Shown here piece after piece: positions 15,209 to 24,606 of a stretch of DNA of 40,368 nucleotides. Made by a program: the position numbers and the translations under genes. How positions within the stretch are numbered: position 1 is the stretch's first letter; every line of letters begins with the position of its first letter. The notes below the pieces were generated by a model. That model did not search any database. It saw nothing but the letters and a program-made list of their open reading frames with translations, and had not been told where the DNA came from. This stretch comes from a virus: positions 1 to 40,368 of the IMG/VR virus record IMGVR_UViG_3300045988_016556, one strand, 5' to 3'.

Positions 15209-15915
15209 GTAAAACATACCAATATTCAGGGCTGACACCAGAGCTACATCAGCGGTTGGTTGATGAACATGCAACACTGAAAAAAGCACACAAAAAAGGC
15301 TCTTATAAGCAGTTTTTCCAAGATGTGAAACAGTGCAGTGAAGTACAAGCTCGCATCATTTATCAAGCCTTTAACAGTGCAGTCGTTGAGCGTGCGAGGA
15401 TATCGCCAGCGACAGTCGACAGGTTAGAAGGCATTATCTCCGATGAACTATTCGACGACCTTCAAGACTATCTGTCTACTAATTACACAAGAGGGAAAAC
15501 CACTAAACCAGTTTTGGATAAAATCAACGCAGGACTGCCAGAGGGGCTGTTTAAACGATTTCAAGAAGAAGTGGAAGAACTACGCAAGGAACACCCTAAC
15601 AACCTAAATAACTATATTAGAGACGTCAAGGACTGCGACCAGAAAAATGCTAACAGAACCCAAAACGCCCTCAATCTGTGCTATGCGGAAAAAGCTGCTC
15701 TAACGCCTTTGAAAGCTATTCAAATGGAAGGGCTGCTGACAAGAGAATTGTTCAGCGAAATTATTGATTTTGTTTTCAATAACTACGAATGGAGCGAGAG
15801 GTTGGATAGCGAAGTTAATCGCATCATTCGTAAATATCGGAACAAAGACAAGGTAGGTCGTGAGAAGACCACGGTAAAAAAAGCCTTATATACAGCCTAT
15901 GCACTAGGCGTGTAG
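15205..15915 (+). CDS. Hypothetical protein with an internal tandem duplication
   Basis: 236 aa. The two halves are alignable through the pattern L.K(A/E)H...Y..DVK.C....A....N....E.A...P.....(L/M)EG....ELF....D.....NY. Confidence 0.6.
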   Translation: MSKTYQYSGLTPELHQRLVDEHATLKKAHKKGSYKQFFQDVKQCSEVQARIIYQAFNSAVVERARISPATVDRLEGIISDELFDDLQDYLSTNYTRGKTTKPVLDKINAGLPEGLFKRFQEEVEELRKEHPNNLNNYIRDVKDCDQKNANRTQNALNLCYAEKAALTPLKAIQMEGLLTRELFSEIIDFVFNNYEWSERLDSEVNRIIRKYRNKDKVGREKTTVKKALYTAYALGV

Positions 15916-15960
15916 CTAGAACGGTTTATGAGGGTTCGACTCCCTTGCTAGCTATTACCA
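15914..15960 (+). other. tRNA-like acceptor/T-arm minihelix, copy 1
   Basis: AGCTAG (15914-15919) pairs with CTAGCT (15948-15953). The T-arm-like element is GAGGG-TTCGACT-CCCTT, and ACCA lies at 15957-15960. There is no D arm or anticodon arm. Confidence 0.4.
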
Positions 15961-16156
15961 GTAAATAAGAAATTAGAATCGAGGAGCCTTTTTTATTTCG
16001 TTCACTAATCTAAAGCGTCTTACTGGTGGCGTGATTATTCAAGGCTTTATGCCTGCAAAAAGATATAGGTCAGAAATCTCCATAATTCATCCAACTTAAT
16101 TCTTGTATTATTTCAAAAAAAGGAGGAAAACCTCCAAAATGATTTCACTATATCTA

Positions 16157-16200
16157 GGCTGGAATGGTTACTCAAGGGGTTCGATTCCTCTTGCCAGTCA
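16157..16200 (+). other. tRNA-like acceptor/T-arm minihelix, copy 2 (paralogue of copy 1)
   Basis: GCTGG (16158-16162) pairs with CCAGT (16194-16198). The T-arm-like element is AGGGG-TTCGATT-CCTCT. The sequence aligns with copy 1 over about 45 nt. Confidence 0.4.
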
Positions 16201-16563
16201 TTGTCTGTCATCACTAAAAATAAAAAATGAAGCTAAAAAATAAATATAGATTTTTAGTGGCTTGGACACTTTTTAACACTTTTTTAACACCGGACAAGCT
16301 GACAGACCTTGTCCAAACAAAAACCCAGCAAATTTTAAGAAAAAAGGATGTGAAACACCCTCTTTCTTATTGATATCGCATTACAAATTAAAAAGCCGAA
16401 GACCTTGCTGGTGCCTTTGGCTAGAAAGGAGGTAGCACCAAGGCTCACAAACTCAATCTTTTCATATCTCTTAATAACGAGCCGAAGAAAATAAAAAAGA
16501 CCGACACAATGGCCGGCACTCTTTGAAAGTCAACACTACTATTATACCAGAGAGGGCAGAACA

Positions 16564-16980
16564 ATGCTATTGCCGGAAATTGATGAAAAAGCAACTATTA
16601 AACGTTGCAAGCGCAAACTTCGAGAATATCCAAGATGGCGAGAGATTGCACACGACAGAGCTGAGCAGAAGATTACACAGGAATTCACATTTATGCCCAG
16701 AGGTGGCAGTGGAGTGAGCAGACCTGTGGAAAATATTGCAGTCAGACGTGTCGATGCAATGAACGAGCTAGAAGCCATAGAGCAAGCAGTTAGTGGGCTA
16801 TATCGTCCAGACTATCGCAGGATACTGATAGAGAAATATCTAGCCTATCCACCTAAGCCAAACTGGCAAATCGCCCAAGCAATCGGTTTTGAAAGAACAG
16901 CCTTTCAAGAATTGCTAAATAATGCTATCCTAGCATTTGCAGAATTATACAGAAATGGTCAATTAGTTGTGGAATGCTGA
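16564..16980 (+). CDS. ArpU-family late transcriptional regulator
   Basis: 138 aa. Motifs LPEIDEKATIKRCKRKLREYPRW and GLYRPDYRRILIEKYL. The gene is positioned directly upstream of the terminase genes. Confidence 0.8.
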   Translation: MLLPEIDEKATIKRCKRKLREYPRWREIAHDRAEQKITQEFTFMPRGGSGVSRPVENIAVRRVDAMNELEAIEQAVSGLYRPDYRRILIEKYLAYPPKPNWQIAQAIGFERTAFQELLNNAILAFAELYRNGQLVVEC

Positions 16981-17058
16981 AATTTCGGTATTTTGACGGA
17001 TAAAGCACGGTATCTTACAAGTGTTTAAAGTGGTATTATTATATTATCGAAGAAAAAC

Positions 17059-17090
17059 GGAGACAACTCATTTTGTGGGTTGTCTTTTTT
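17059..17090 (+). terminator. Rho-independent terminator between arpU and terS
   Basis: The stem is AGACAAC/GTTGTCT (17061-17067 / 17079-17085) with an 11-nt loop, followed by a T-run to 17090. Confidence 0.65.
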
Positions 17091-17125
17091 ATGCACAAAA
17101 ATCTAGCAGTGAAGGAGGTGGACAT

Positions 17126-17614
17126 ATTGGGCTAAATCAACGACAGAAATTATTTGCTAGTGAGTACATCAAGTTAGGGAACGCTACACAAGCAGCAATT
17201 AACGCTGGATATAGCGAAAAGACGGCAGGGCGTATCGCTGGACAAAACTTGAAAAAACTTGAAATTAAACGCTTTATCCAAGCCGAAGTTGAGAAGATGC
17301 ACGATGAGAATATCATGGATGCCAAAGAAGCCCTGTCCATTTTATCCGACATTGCAAGGGGCAAACGTGATGAAGAAGTCTTGATGATGAATCCATTGAC
17401 TGGTGAAGTTGAGCGGCTTATGAAGAAGGCTGACAACAACACAGTTATCAAGGCAATCGTTGAAATCTTGAAACGTTATCCAACGGCTAAACAGTCCGAG
17501 AAATTGGAACTTGAAATCAGAAAGCTAAGAGAGCAGCTTGACAGCGGTGTTGAAGGCACAATGAACGTCAACATCATCAACGCATGGGAGGGTATCCCAG
17601 ATGACAACGATTGA
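17126..17614 (+). CDS. terS: Terminase small subunit (Terminase_2-like)
   Basis: The segment RQKLFASEYIKLGNATQAAINAGYSEKTAGRIAGQNLKK is characteristic. The start is uncertain. The only in-frame candidate at proper SD spacing is ATT 17126, 7 nt after AAGGAGG (17112-17118). The ORF-track GTG 17021 would read through a terminator hairpin. Confidence 0.8.
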   Translation: MGLNQRQKLFASEYIKLGNATQAAINAGYSEKTAGRIAGQNLKKLEIKRFIQAEVEKMHDENIMDAKEALSILSDIARGKRDEEVLMMNPLTGEVERLMKKADNNTVIKAIVEILKRYPTAKQSEKLELEIRKLREQLDSGVEGTMNVNIINAWEGIPDDND

Positions 17615-18905
17615 CATTCAGAAAAACGTTAACCCGCATTTCAAATCGGTTTGGCAGTCTAACAAACCTTACAACGTCTTAAAAGGTGGTCGGAACTCTT
17701 TCAAATCCTCGGTTATCGTGCTGAAACTCGTCTATATGATGATTAAGTACATCATGCAAGGTGAAAAAGCAAATGTTGTAGTTATTCGAAAAGTAGCTAA
17801 TACAATCCGTGACAGCGTGTTTAATAAGGTTCAATGGGCCATTAGTCTATTTGGTCTGGACAATCATTTCAGAGCTACCGTAAGCCCGTTTAAGATAGTC
17901 CACAAGCGTACTGGTTCCACCTTCTACTTCTATGGTCAAGACGACTTCCAAAAACTGAAATCAAATGACATTGGAAATATCATCGCAGTCTGGTACGAGG
18001 AAGCAGCTGAGTTTGACAGCGCTGAGGACTTCGACCAATCAAACGTCACTTTCATGCGTCAAAAACATGAGAAAGCCCCGTTTGTGCAATTCTTTTGGTC
18101 GTATAACCCGCCCAGGAACCCATATAGTTGGATAAACGAGTGGTTTGAGGACATCAAGACTAATGATAACTATCTAGCGCATTCAAGCACCTATCTGGAC
18201 GATAAGTTAGGTTTCGTGACTGAGCAAATGCTTGAGGATATCGAACGCATTAAACAGAATGATTACGACTATTACCGCTACTTATATTTAGGTGAAGCGG
18301 TTGGTCTGGGCAATCAGGTCTATAACATGAGCACATTCCATGCTATCGATAGTTTACCGACGGACGATAGACTTATCGGGATATCATTCGCAATGGATAC
18401 CGGACACCAACAATCAGCTACAGCTTGCGGTGCTTATGGATTGACTGCCAAAGGCAACGTGATATTGCTTGATACATTCTATTACAGCCCCGCTGGTCAA
18501 GTAGTTAAAAAGGCACCGAGTGAGTTGACTGTAATGATCAGCAACTTCATCGACAAGGTACTCAAACAGTACCGAGTGCCAAAACTGAGAATGACAATCG
18601 ATAGCGCCGAGGGTGCTTTGAGAAACCAATACTTTAAGGATTTTGGCGAGCGGTGGCATCCAGTTGCTAAGAAGAAGAATCAGACCATGATAGATATGGT
18701 TATCAGTCTATTAGCTGAGGGGCGCTTCTACTACCTCGACATACCAGATAACAAGATATTCTATGAGGAACACAAGATGTATCGATACGATGAGAAGACG
18801 ATACATTCTGACGATCCAAAAGTAATCAAAGAGGATGACCACACAGTCGATGAATTTAAATATTTCGTGTTAGATAATGCCAGGGACTTAGGTCTCAAAG
18901 CATAG
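17601..18905 (+). CDS. terL: Terminase large subunit (PBSX / Terminase_3-like)
   Basis: 434 aa with a Walker-A-like LKGGRNSFKSS. It overlaps the terS 3' end and precedes the portal gene. Confidence 0.9.
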   Translation: MTTIDIQKNVNPHFKSVWQSNKPYNVLKGGRNSFKSSVIVLKLVYMMIKYIMQGEKANVVVIRKVANTIRDSVFNKVQWAISLFGLDNHFRATVSPFKIVHKRTGSTFYFYGQDDFQKLKSNDIGNIIAVWYEEAAEFDSAEDFDQSNVTFMRQKHEKAPFVQFFWSYNPPRNPYSWINEWFEDIKTNDNYLAHSSTYLDDKLGFVTEQMLEDIERIKQNDYDYYRYLYLGEAVGLGNQVYNMSTFHAIDSLPTDDRLIGISFAMDTGHQQSATACGAYGLTAKGNVILLDTFYYSPAGQVVKKAPSELTVMISNFIDKVLKQYRVPKLRMTIDSAEGALRNQYFKDFGERWHPVAKKKNQTMIDMVISLLAEGRFYYLDIPDNKIFYEEHKMYRYDEKTIHSDDPKVIKEDDHTVDEFKYFVLDNARDLGLKA

Positions 18906-18917
18906 GAGAAGAAAAAA

Positions 18918-20426
18918 ATGGGAATCATACAGACCATTAAGGACTTATTCAAAAGGAGTAATTATGTGATGACTAACCAAAGTCTAAACAGTATCACCGA
19001 CCACCCTAAAATAGCTATCTCACCCGAAGAATACAACCGTATCATGGATAATCTCAGATACTTTGCTGGGGCGTTTGACCGTGTGAGCTATCGAGACAGC
19101 AATGGAACAGATTTAAAACGTGATTTTAACCACTTGCCCGTTGGACGTACAGCGTCTAAGAAGGTAGCCAGTCTCGTATTCAACGAACAAGCTAAGATTC
19201 AAGTGGATAATGAGACGGCTAACGATTTCATTAATGAAACACTGAAAACTGATAGATTCAACAAGAACTTTGAGCGCTATCTGGAATCATGCCTGGCTCT
19301 CGGTGGGCTTGCTATGCGTCCATACGTTGACGATGACCGTGTTAGAGTATCATTCGTGCAAGCGCCGGTATTCTTGCCCTTACAATCAAATACGCAAGAT
19401 GTATCGAGTGCTGCTATTGTCACTAAAACACTTAAGACGGAAGGTCAGAAAGTAAAATACTACAGTCTTATTGAGTTTCATGAGTGGACTAAGGACAGTT
19501 ACACAATCAGCAATGAGCTATACGAATCTGAATCTAAAACTCGTATCGGTCAACGTGTCCCTCTATCAATGCTCTATGAGGATTTAGAAGAAACTGTAAC
19601 ACTCAACGGGCTTACAAGACCATTATTCACGTACCTTAAGCCTCCAGGGATGAACAACAAGGACATTAACAGTCCTTTAGGGTTGTCTATCTTCGACAAC
19701 GCTAAAACTACAATGGACTTCATCAATACTACCTATGATGAGTTTATGTGGGAGGTCAAAATGGGCCAGCGTAGGGTTGCTGTACCAACTCAAATGATTA
19801 AGACTGAGTACGATACCAACGGTGAGAAAGTAACAGTCAAGCGTGAGTTTGAGACTGGCCACAATGTCTACGAGCAATTTGATAGCGGCGACATGGATAA
19901 GGGTATCGGTATTACCGACCTTACTACTGACATCCGCTCGGACGACTATATCAAGGCTATCAACAAGGGGCTGAGCTTATTTGAAATGCAACTAGGCGTG
20001 TCCGCTGGCATGTTTAGCTTTGACGGTAAATCTATGAAGACTGCCACTGAGGTCGTATCGGAGCAATCAGACACATATCAAATGCGTAATTCTATCGCTA
20101 CTCTTGTAGAGCAGTCTTTGAAAGAATTGGTAATTTCAATCCTAGAGATTGCTAAAATCTACAATCTATACACTGGTGAAATTCCAACGATGGATGAAAT
20201 CAGTGTTGATTTAGACGATGGTGTATTTACTGATCGTAACGCTGAGTTCGATTACTGGTCTAAGATGGTAGCGTCTGGATTCGCACCTAAAACAATGGCC
20301 ATTGAGAAAACTCTTAATGTCACCGAAGAACAAGCTCAAGAGATTTACCAAGCAATCAATGACGAGACCATGGTAAGCGCTGATAGTTTTAGGACAAGCG
20401 ACGAGGTTGACATCTACGGGGAGTGA
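18918..20426 (+). CDS. Portal protein (SPP1 gp6-like)
   Basis: The call rests on size (502 aa) and position after terL and before the gp7-like head morphogenesis gene. Confidence 0.8.
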   Translation: MGIIQTIKDLFKRSNYVMTNQSLNSITDHPKIAISPEEYNRIMDNLRYFAGAFDRVSYRDSNGTDLKRDFNHLPVGRTASKKVASLVFNEQAKIQVDNETANDFINETLKTDRFNKNFERYLESCLALGGLAMRPYVDDDRVRVSFVQAPVFLPLQSNTQDVSSAAIVTKTLKTEGQKVKYYSLIEFHEWTKDSYTISNELYESESKTRIGQRVPLSMLYEDLEETVTLNGLTRPLFTYLKPPGMNNKDINSPLGLSIFDNAKTTMDFINTTYDEFMWEVKMGQRRVAVPTQMIKTEYDTNGEKVTVKREFETGHNVYEQFDSGDMDKGIGITDLTTDIRSDDYIKAINKGLSLFEMQLGVSAGMFSFDGKSMKTATEVVSEQSDTYQMRNSIATLVEQSLKELVISILEIAKIYNLYTGEIPTMDEISVDLDDGVFTDRNAEFDYWSKMVASGFAPKTMAIEKTLNVTEEQAQEIYQAINDETMVSADSFRTSDEVDIYGE

Positions 20427-20432
20427 TAGGCT

Positions 20433-21623
20433 ATGGCTAAAAAGAAGCGTATCAAGTTAAATGACCAGCAATTAATGTTGATGGCTGATAATGTTTCAGA
20501 TATCTACCGTCAATTATGTAACGACCTATTCGATAATGTGGTTGAACGATTACATGACCGAGGGACTTATTACCTTGACCAACAGCCTTATCTATGGCAA
20601 TTAGAGAAAATGGCTGATGTCGGTATGCTGAACAACCACAATATCAAACTGATTGCTGAGCGGTCTGGGATTGCTGAAAAGCAAATCAAATACATCATTG
20701 AGAACGAGGGTTACAAGGTCTACAAAGATACTCATGAGCAATTAAACTCTAACGCTTACGATTACAATGTTATGAAAGACCTTATCAGCTACTCTAATCA
20801 AGCTATTCATGACGTCCATAATCTTATTAATACGACCTTGCCAAAGAGCGTGCAAGCGACTTACAAGGATATTATCGAAACTACGGTAGCTAAAGTAATT
20901 ACTGGAATGGCTACGCCTCAGAAAGCCCTTGATGAAACGATAATGAAGTTTCAAGAACGTGGTTTCTATGGCTATACTGATAGAGCTGGACGAAGGCAAA
21001 GAGCTGACGCTTACGCTAGGACAGTTATTAAAACGACTGCTAGACGTACATTCAATGAAATGCGAATGAGACCAGCTCAAGAGCTAGGGATTGATACCTT
21101 CTATTACTCAATTAAGGCTGCGGCTCGTGAAATGTGTGCACCTATCCAAAATCAAATTGTAACTACTGGTAACGCTAGGACTGAAGAAGGCGTTAAGATA
21201 TTTGCTCTTGATGATTATGGCTATGGCAAGCCCGGAGGGTGCCAAGGTGTAAACTGTGGGCACACTATGACCCCGTTCATTCCCGGTGTCAACTATATGC
21301 CAGACATTGACGATGACTTAAAGAATCTAACTGAGGAACAAGCTATCAAGAATGCCAATGTCCAGAGCAAACAACGAGCAATGGAACGAGCTATTAGAAG
21401 CACCAAAGAGCGTCTACACGTTGCCGAAACGATGCACAATGAGGAATTGACCGCAAAATACAAAACGAGGCTTACAGAACAGAAGAGAGCCTTGAAATCG
21501 TATGTTGATAAATACCCATTCTTGTATCGAGATAGAGAGCGTGAGAAATACCACGATGACCCACTAGCCAAGACTCGTGAAGCCATTAGGCAACGGGATA
21601 TATTGGCAAAAAAACACGCTTAA
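20433..21623 (+). CDS. Minor head / head-morphogenesis protein (SPP1 gp7 / Mu F-like)
   Basis: 396 aa, located after the portal gene. It has a Cys/His-containing segment GGCQGVNCGHTMTPF and a basic C-terminal tail. Confidence 0.7.
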   Translation: MAKKKRIKLNDQQLMLMADNVSDIYRQLCNDLFDNVVERLHDRGTYYLDQQPYLWQLEKMADVGMLNNHNIKLIAERSGIAEKQIKYIIENEGYKVYKDTHEQLNSNAYDYNVMKDLISYSNQAIHDVHNLINTTLPKSVQATYKDIIETTVAKVITGMATPQKALDETIMKFQERGFYGYTDRAGRRQRADAYARTVIKTTARRTFNEMRMRPAQELGIDTFYYSIKAAAREMCAPIQNQIVTTGNARTEEGVKIFALDDYGYGKPGGCQGVNCGHTMTPFIPGVNYMPDIDDDLKNLTEEQAIKNANVQSKQRAMERAIRSTKERLHVAETMHNEELTAKYKTRLTEQKRALKSYVDKYPFLYRDREREKYHDDPLAKTREAIRQRDILAKKHA

Positions 21624-21724
21624 AAGATGTAAACTAGTATTATTAACAATACTACGTATAGACATGGATTTAAACAGAAAGCTGGTGATCTATTCTTGAC
21701 TCGTAGGAACAGACTACATAAAGA

Positions 21725-21753
21725 ACCGTATCAATTTTGATGCGGTTTTTCTT
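21725..21753 (+). terminator. Rho-independent terminator between the head-morphogenesis and scaffold genes
   Basis: ACCGTATC (21725-21732) pairs with GATGCGGT (21739-21746), including one G-U pair. TTTTT CTT follows. Confidence 0.55.
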
Positions 21754-21823
21754 ATTGACCTGTCGAATGTCGTAAAACTAGGCAAATTCAGTCCACTGGA
21801 CGTAAAACGAAGGAGTTTTAAGC

Positions 21824-22441
21824 ATGAGTTTAAAACGAGATATGTTGATTGAAGCAGGTATCACAGATAAAGCGGTTATCGATTCCTTAATGAATGCGTA
21901 CGGTTCAGGGATTGAGAATGCCAAAGCACAAGCTAAGTCTGAATTGCAAGCTGAAAACGACAGCCTTAAACAACAACTTGAGCAACAAAGCCAAGCACTT
22001 GAGGACTTGAAAGCTAAAGAGGGAGCGAGCGAGGAACTCAAACAACAATTGACGGACTTACAAGCTAAATTCGACACTTACAAGTCAGAGAATGAAGCTA
22101 ATCTTGCTCAAGTTACCAAATCAAACGCTATTCGCCTAGCTTTGAAAGATGTGGATGCTCACAATTCGGATGACCTTGCTAAATTCATCAACTTTGACGA
22201 AATCGAGCTTGATGAAGCTGGAAAACCTAAACTAGACAAGGTCATTAAGGGATTGAAAGAAACAAGCCCGTATCTTTTCAAGCAAGAAGAACAAGCGGCA
22301 CAACCTAAAATCTTCGCTGGTGGAAATCCATCTGCTAGTCAGAACGGACTCACTAAAGAAGATTTTAAACGCATGGGAATCAATGAGCGTCAAGAACTCT
22401 TTGATAAAGACCCAGAGCTATACCAACAATTGAAAGGATGA
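21824..22441 (+). CDS. Capsid scaffolding protein
   Basis: 205 aa. It is highly charged and coiled-coil-like (QAENDSLKQQLEQQSQALEDLKAKEG) and lies directly upstream of the major capsid gene. Confidence 0.75.
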   Translation: MSLKRDMLIEAGITDKAVIDSLMNAYGSGIENAKAQAKSELQAENDSLKQQLEQQSQALEDLKAKEGASEELKQQLTDLQAKFDTYKSENEANLAQVTKSNAIRLALKDVDAHNSDDLAKFINFDEIELDEAGKPKLDKVIKGLKETSPYLFKQEEQAAQPKIFAGGNPSASQNGLTKEDFKRMGINERQELFDKDPELYQQLKG

Positions 22442-22449
22442 TTTAATCT

Positions 22450-23295
22450 ATGGTTCTTGGAACAACAACGACTGCACAAGTCATCAATCCACAGGTTATG
22501 GCTGACATGGTATCAGCTAAATTGCCTAAACTTATCAAATTCACACCACTCGCCGTGGTAGAAACTACCCTTGTAGGTCGTCCAGGTGACGAGCTTACAG
22601 TGCCACAATGGACTTACTCTGGTGATGCCACTGAAATCACTGAAGGCACTGCCATTCCAATCGACCAATTGGGCACAAAAGAAACAAAAATGAAGATCAA
22701 ACAAGCTGGTAAGGCTATTGAAATCACTGACAAAGCCGCTTTGGTTGGACATGGCAACGTCTACGGTGAAGCAACTAACCAGATTGCCCTTGCTATCGCT
22801 AACAAGGTTGACAACGACATCGTTGAGGTTGCTAAAACAGCAACACAAAACATTACTGAAGCTCCTGTTTCAGTAGCAAACATTGACAAAGCCTTGGAAA
22901 TCTTCGCAGACGAAGAAGACGCTCGTTATGTAGCGCTTATCAATCCAAAGGATGCTATCAAATTGCGTGCTGACGCTGGTCAGAACTGGCTTAAAGGCTC
23001 AGAAGTCGGTGCTGATGTTGTCGTTTCTGGTACATTCGGTGAAGTGGCTGGCGTGCAAATCGTCCGCACTAAAAAAGTTGACGAAGGAAAAGGTTTCCTT
23101 GTTAAAGTCTCTTCACTTCAAACTGACACAGACGACGATGCTAAATACGGTGCATTCGTGATCAACTTGAAACGTGATGTCATGATTGAAAACGACCGTG
23201 ACATTTTGAAAAAGACTACTGTCTATTCTGGTGATGAATATTACGGTGTTTATCTCTACGATGACTCTAAGGTGGTTAAGTTCGGAGGTGCTTAA
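22450..23295 (+). CDS. Major capsid protein
   Basis: 281 aa, located after the scaffold gene. The N-terminal QVINPQVMADMVSAKLPKLIKFTPLA resembles the N4-gp56-type capsid family. That family call is from memory. Confidence 0.8.
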   Translation: MVLGTTTTAQVINPQVMADMVSAKLPKLIKFTPLAVVETTLVGRPGDELTVPQWTYSGDATEITEGTAIPIDQLGTKETKMKIKQAGKAIEITDKAALVGHGNVYGEATNQIALAIANKVDNDIVEVAKTATQNITEAPVSVANIDKALEIFADEEDARYVALINPKDAIKLRADAGQNWLKGSEVGADVVVSGTFGEVAGVQIVRTKKVDEGKGFLVKVSSLQTDTDDDAKYGAFVINLKRDVMIENDRDILKKTTVYSGDEYYGVYLYDDSKVVKFGGA

Positions 23296-23480
23296 TGGGT
23301 ATGCTAATGCGTCGTCATTTGAGCGACAACGAACCTACTCCCGCTACTGAAATAGTAGAACAAGTAGCTGAAACACTAGAAGACAAGACCGTTGCTGATT
23401 TGCGTATCATCGCACAACAACGAGGTTTGACTGGTATTTCAGCACTTACCAAAGCGGAACTTTTAGACCTCCTAAAATAG
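23295..23480 (+). CDS. Small head-associated protein with a Rho-N/SAP-like motif
   Basis: The C-terminal segment TVADLRIIAQQRGLTGISALTKAELLDLLK carries the motif. Confidence 0.6.
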   Translation: MGMLMRRHLSDNEPTPATEIVEQVAETLEDKTVADLRIIAQQRGLTGISALTKAELLDLLK

Positions 23481-23496
23481 CAAAGGGGGTGGTTGA

Positions 23497-23886
23497 ATGA
23501 CATATTTAACCGAAACAGAATTTTTGAAACTTGGTTTTGACGATGTAGAAGATTTTGAAAAGCTATCAGCTAGAGCTAGTCTCATAGTCGATGCTTATAT
23601 CAAGAACTTCTACGACTTTACCGATTTTGATACTGATTTCGAACCTCGCAAGAAAGCCGTTAAGAAAGCAGTCGCTTATCAAATCGCTTATCTTGATTCA
23701 AGTGGTGTTATGACCGCTGAAGACAAATCTTCACTAGCAAGTGTGACTGTCGGACGTACTCATGTAAGCTATCAGAACAGCTCTAAATCGTCTAACAGTG
23801 GTCAGAAGTACAACCTATCCCTAGACGCTCTAAACTGGCTGACATTGGCTGGTTTCGGCTATAAGGCGGTGGGCTATGATAGATAA
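23497..23886 (+). CDS. Head-tail connector (gp6-like) protein
   Basis: The call rests on size (129 aa) and position in the connector cluster. Confidence 0.6.
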   Translation: MTYLTETEFLKLGFDDVEDFEKLSARASLIVDAYIKNFYDFTDFDTDFEPRKKAVKKAVAYQIAYLDSSGVMTAEDKSSLASVTVGRTHVSYQNSSKSSNSGQKYNLSLDALNWLTLAGFGYKAVGYDR

Positions 23887-24211
23887 ACGCATGTTAGTTG
23901 ATACTGTCACAATTCAAAAACCGGCGGGAGAGAAGGACGCTTGGGGAAAAGTAATATATGATGAGCCCAAAACCCTTAAACCCGTTAGATTTGATAGGTC
24001 AGTATCTCACACTGGCAGTGGTCAGAACCAAAATGAGAATAATTTCTCAGTCCTCATGGTCTATCCGAAGTATACACCCATCGAGTTGGATGATAGTTGG
24101 TTGAATGGTCGAGTTAATGACACTCACCGAGACTACATCATTCGCAAGATTATCCCTCAGTATCATCCGTTTAAGCACACTATCCTATGCTATGAAATCG
24201 AGGTGATCTAA
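23876..24211 (+). CDS. Head closure / head-tail adaptor protein
   Basis: 111 aa. It overlaps its neighbours and sits in the connector cluster. Confidence 0.55.
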   Translation: MIDKRMLVDTVTIQKPAGEKDAWGKVIYDEPKTLKPVRFDRSVSHTGSGQNQNENNFSVLMVYPKYTPIELDDSWLNGRVNDTHRDYIIRKIIPQYHPFKHTILCYEIEVI

Positions 24212-24606
24212 TGGGTGCCGATGTAACTATCAAGGTAGATTTGCAGGGTCTCGAAAAGAAATGCAGTCCTGAAGCGGTCAGACGTGGTCAGATTGCCATG
24301 AGTAATCAAATGCTCTTGGACATGAACAAGTACACACCAGTTCAATCTGGGCACTTGCGAGGCAGCGGACATTCTAACGTTGATACGTTGGTATGGTCAA
24401 CACCTTATGCACGAATTAGGTTCTACAATCGTAGACTTAAGCTATTCTTTTCAGAAAAACAACGGAAGTTCTTCTTTGCGAATAAGGACAGACTGCTAGC
24501 ACAGAAACCGAAGCCCGGTACTGGTGGGCGTTGGGATAAGAAGGCTGCTGCCAAACACAGTAAGCAGTGGGGGCAAGTAGCAATTAGAGCAATGGGAGTT
24601 AGATAG
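24211..24606 (+). CDS. Minor capsid / tail-completion protein (Minor_capsid_1-like)
   Basis: 131 aa. The segment MSNQMLLDMNKYTPVQSGHLRGS resembles that family. The call is from memory. Confidence 0.55.
   Translation: MGADVTIKVDLQGLEKKCSPEAVRRGQIAMSNQMLLDMNKYTPVQSGHLRGSGHSNVDTLVWSTPYARIRFYNRRLKLFFSEKQRKFFFANKDRLLAQKPKPGTGGRWDKKAAAKHSKQWGQVAIRAMGVR

Noticed and set aside
15914-15960. Possible genuine tRNA gene after the stop of 15205-15915 (and a second at 16157-16200)
   Set aside because: Only an acceptor-like stem and a T-arm are present, separated by about 10 nt, with no D arm or anticodon arm. I report them as tRNA-like minihelices, not as tRNA genes.
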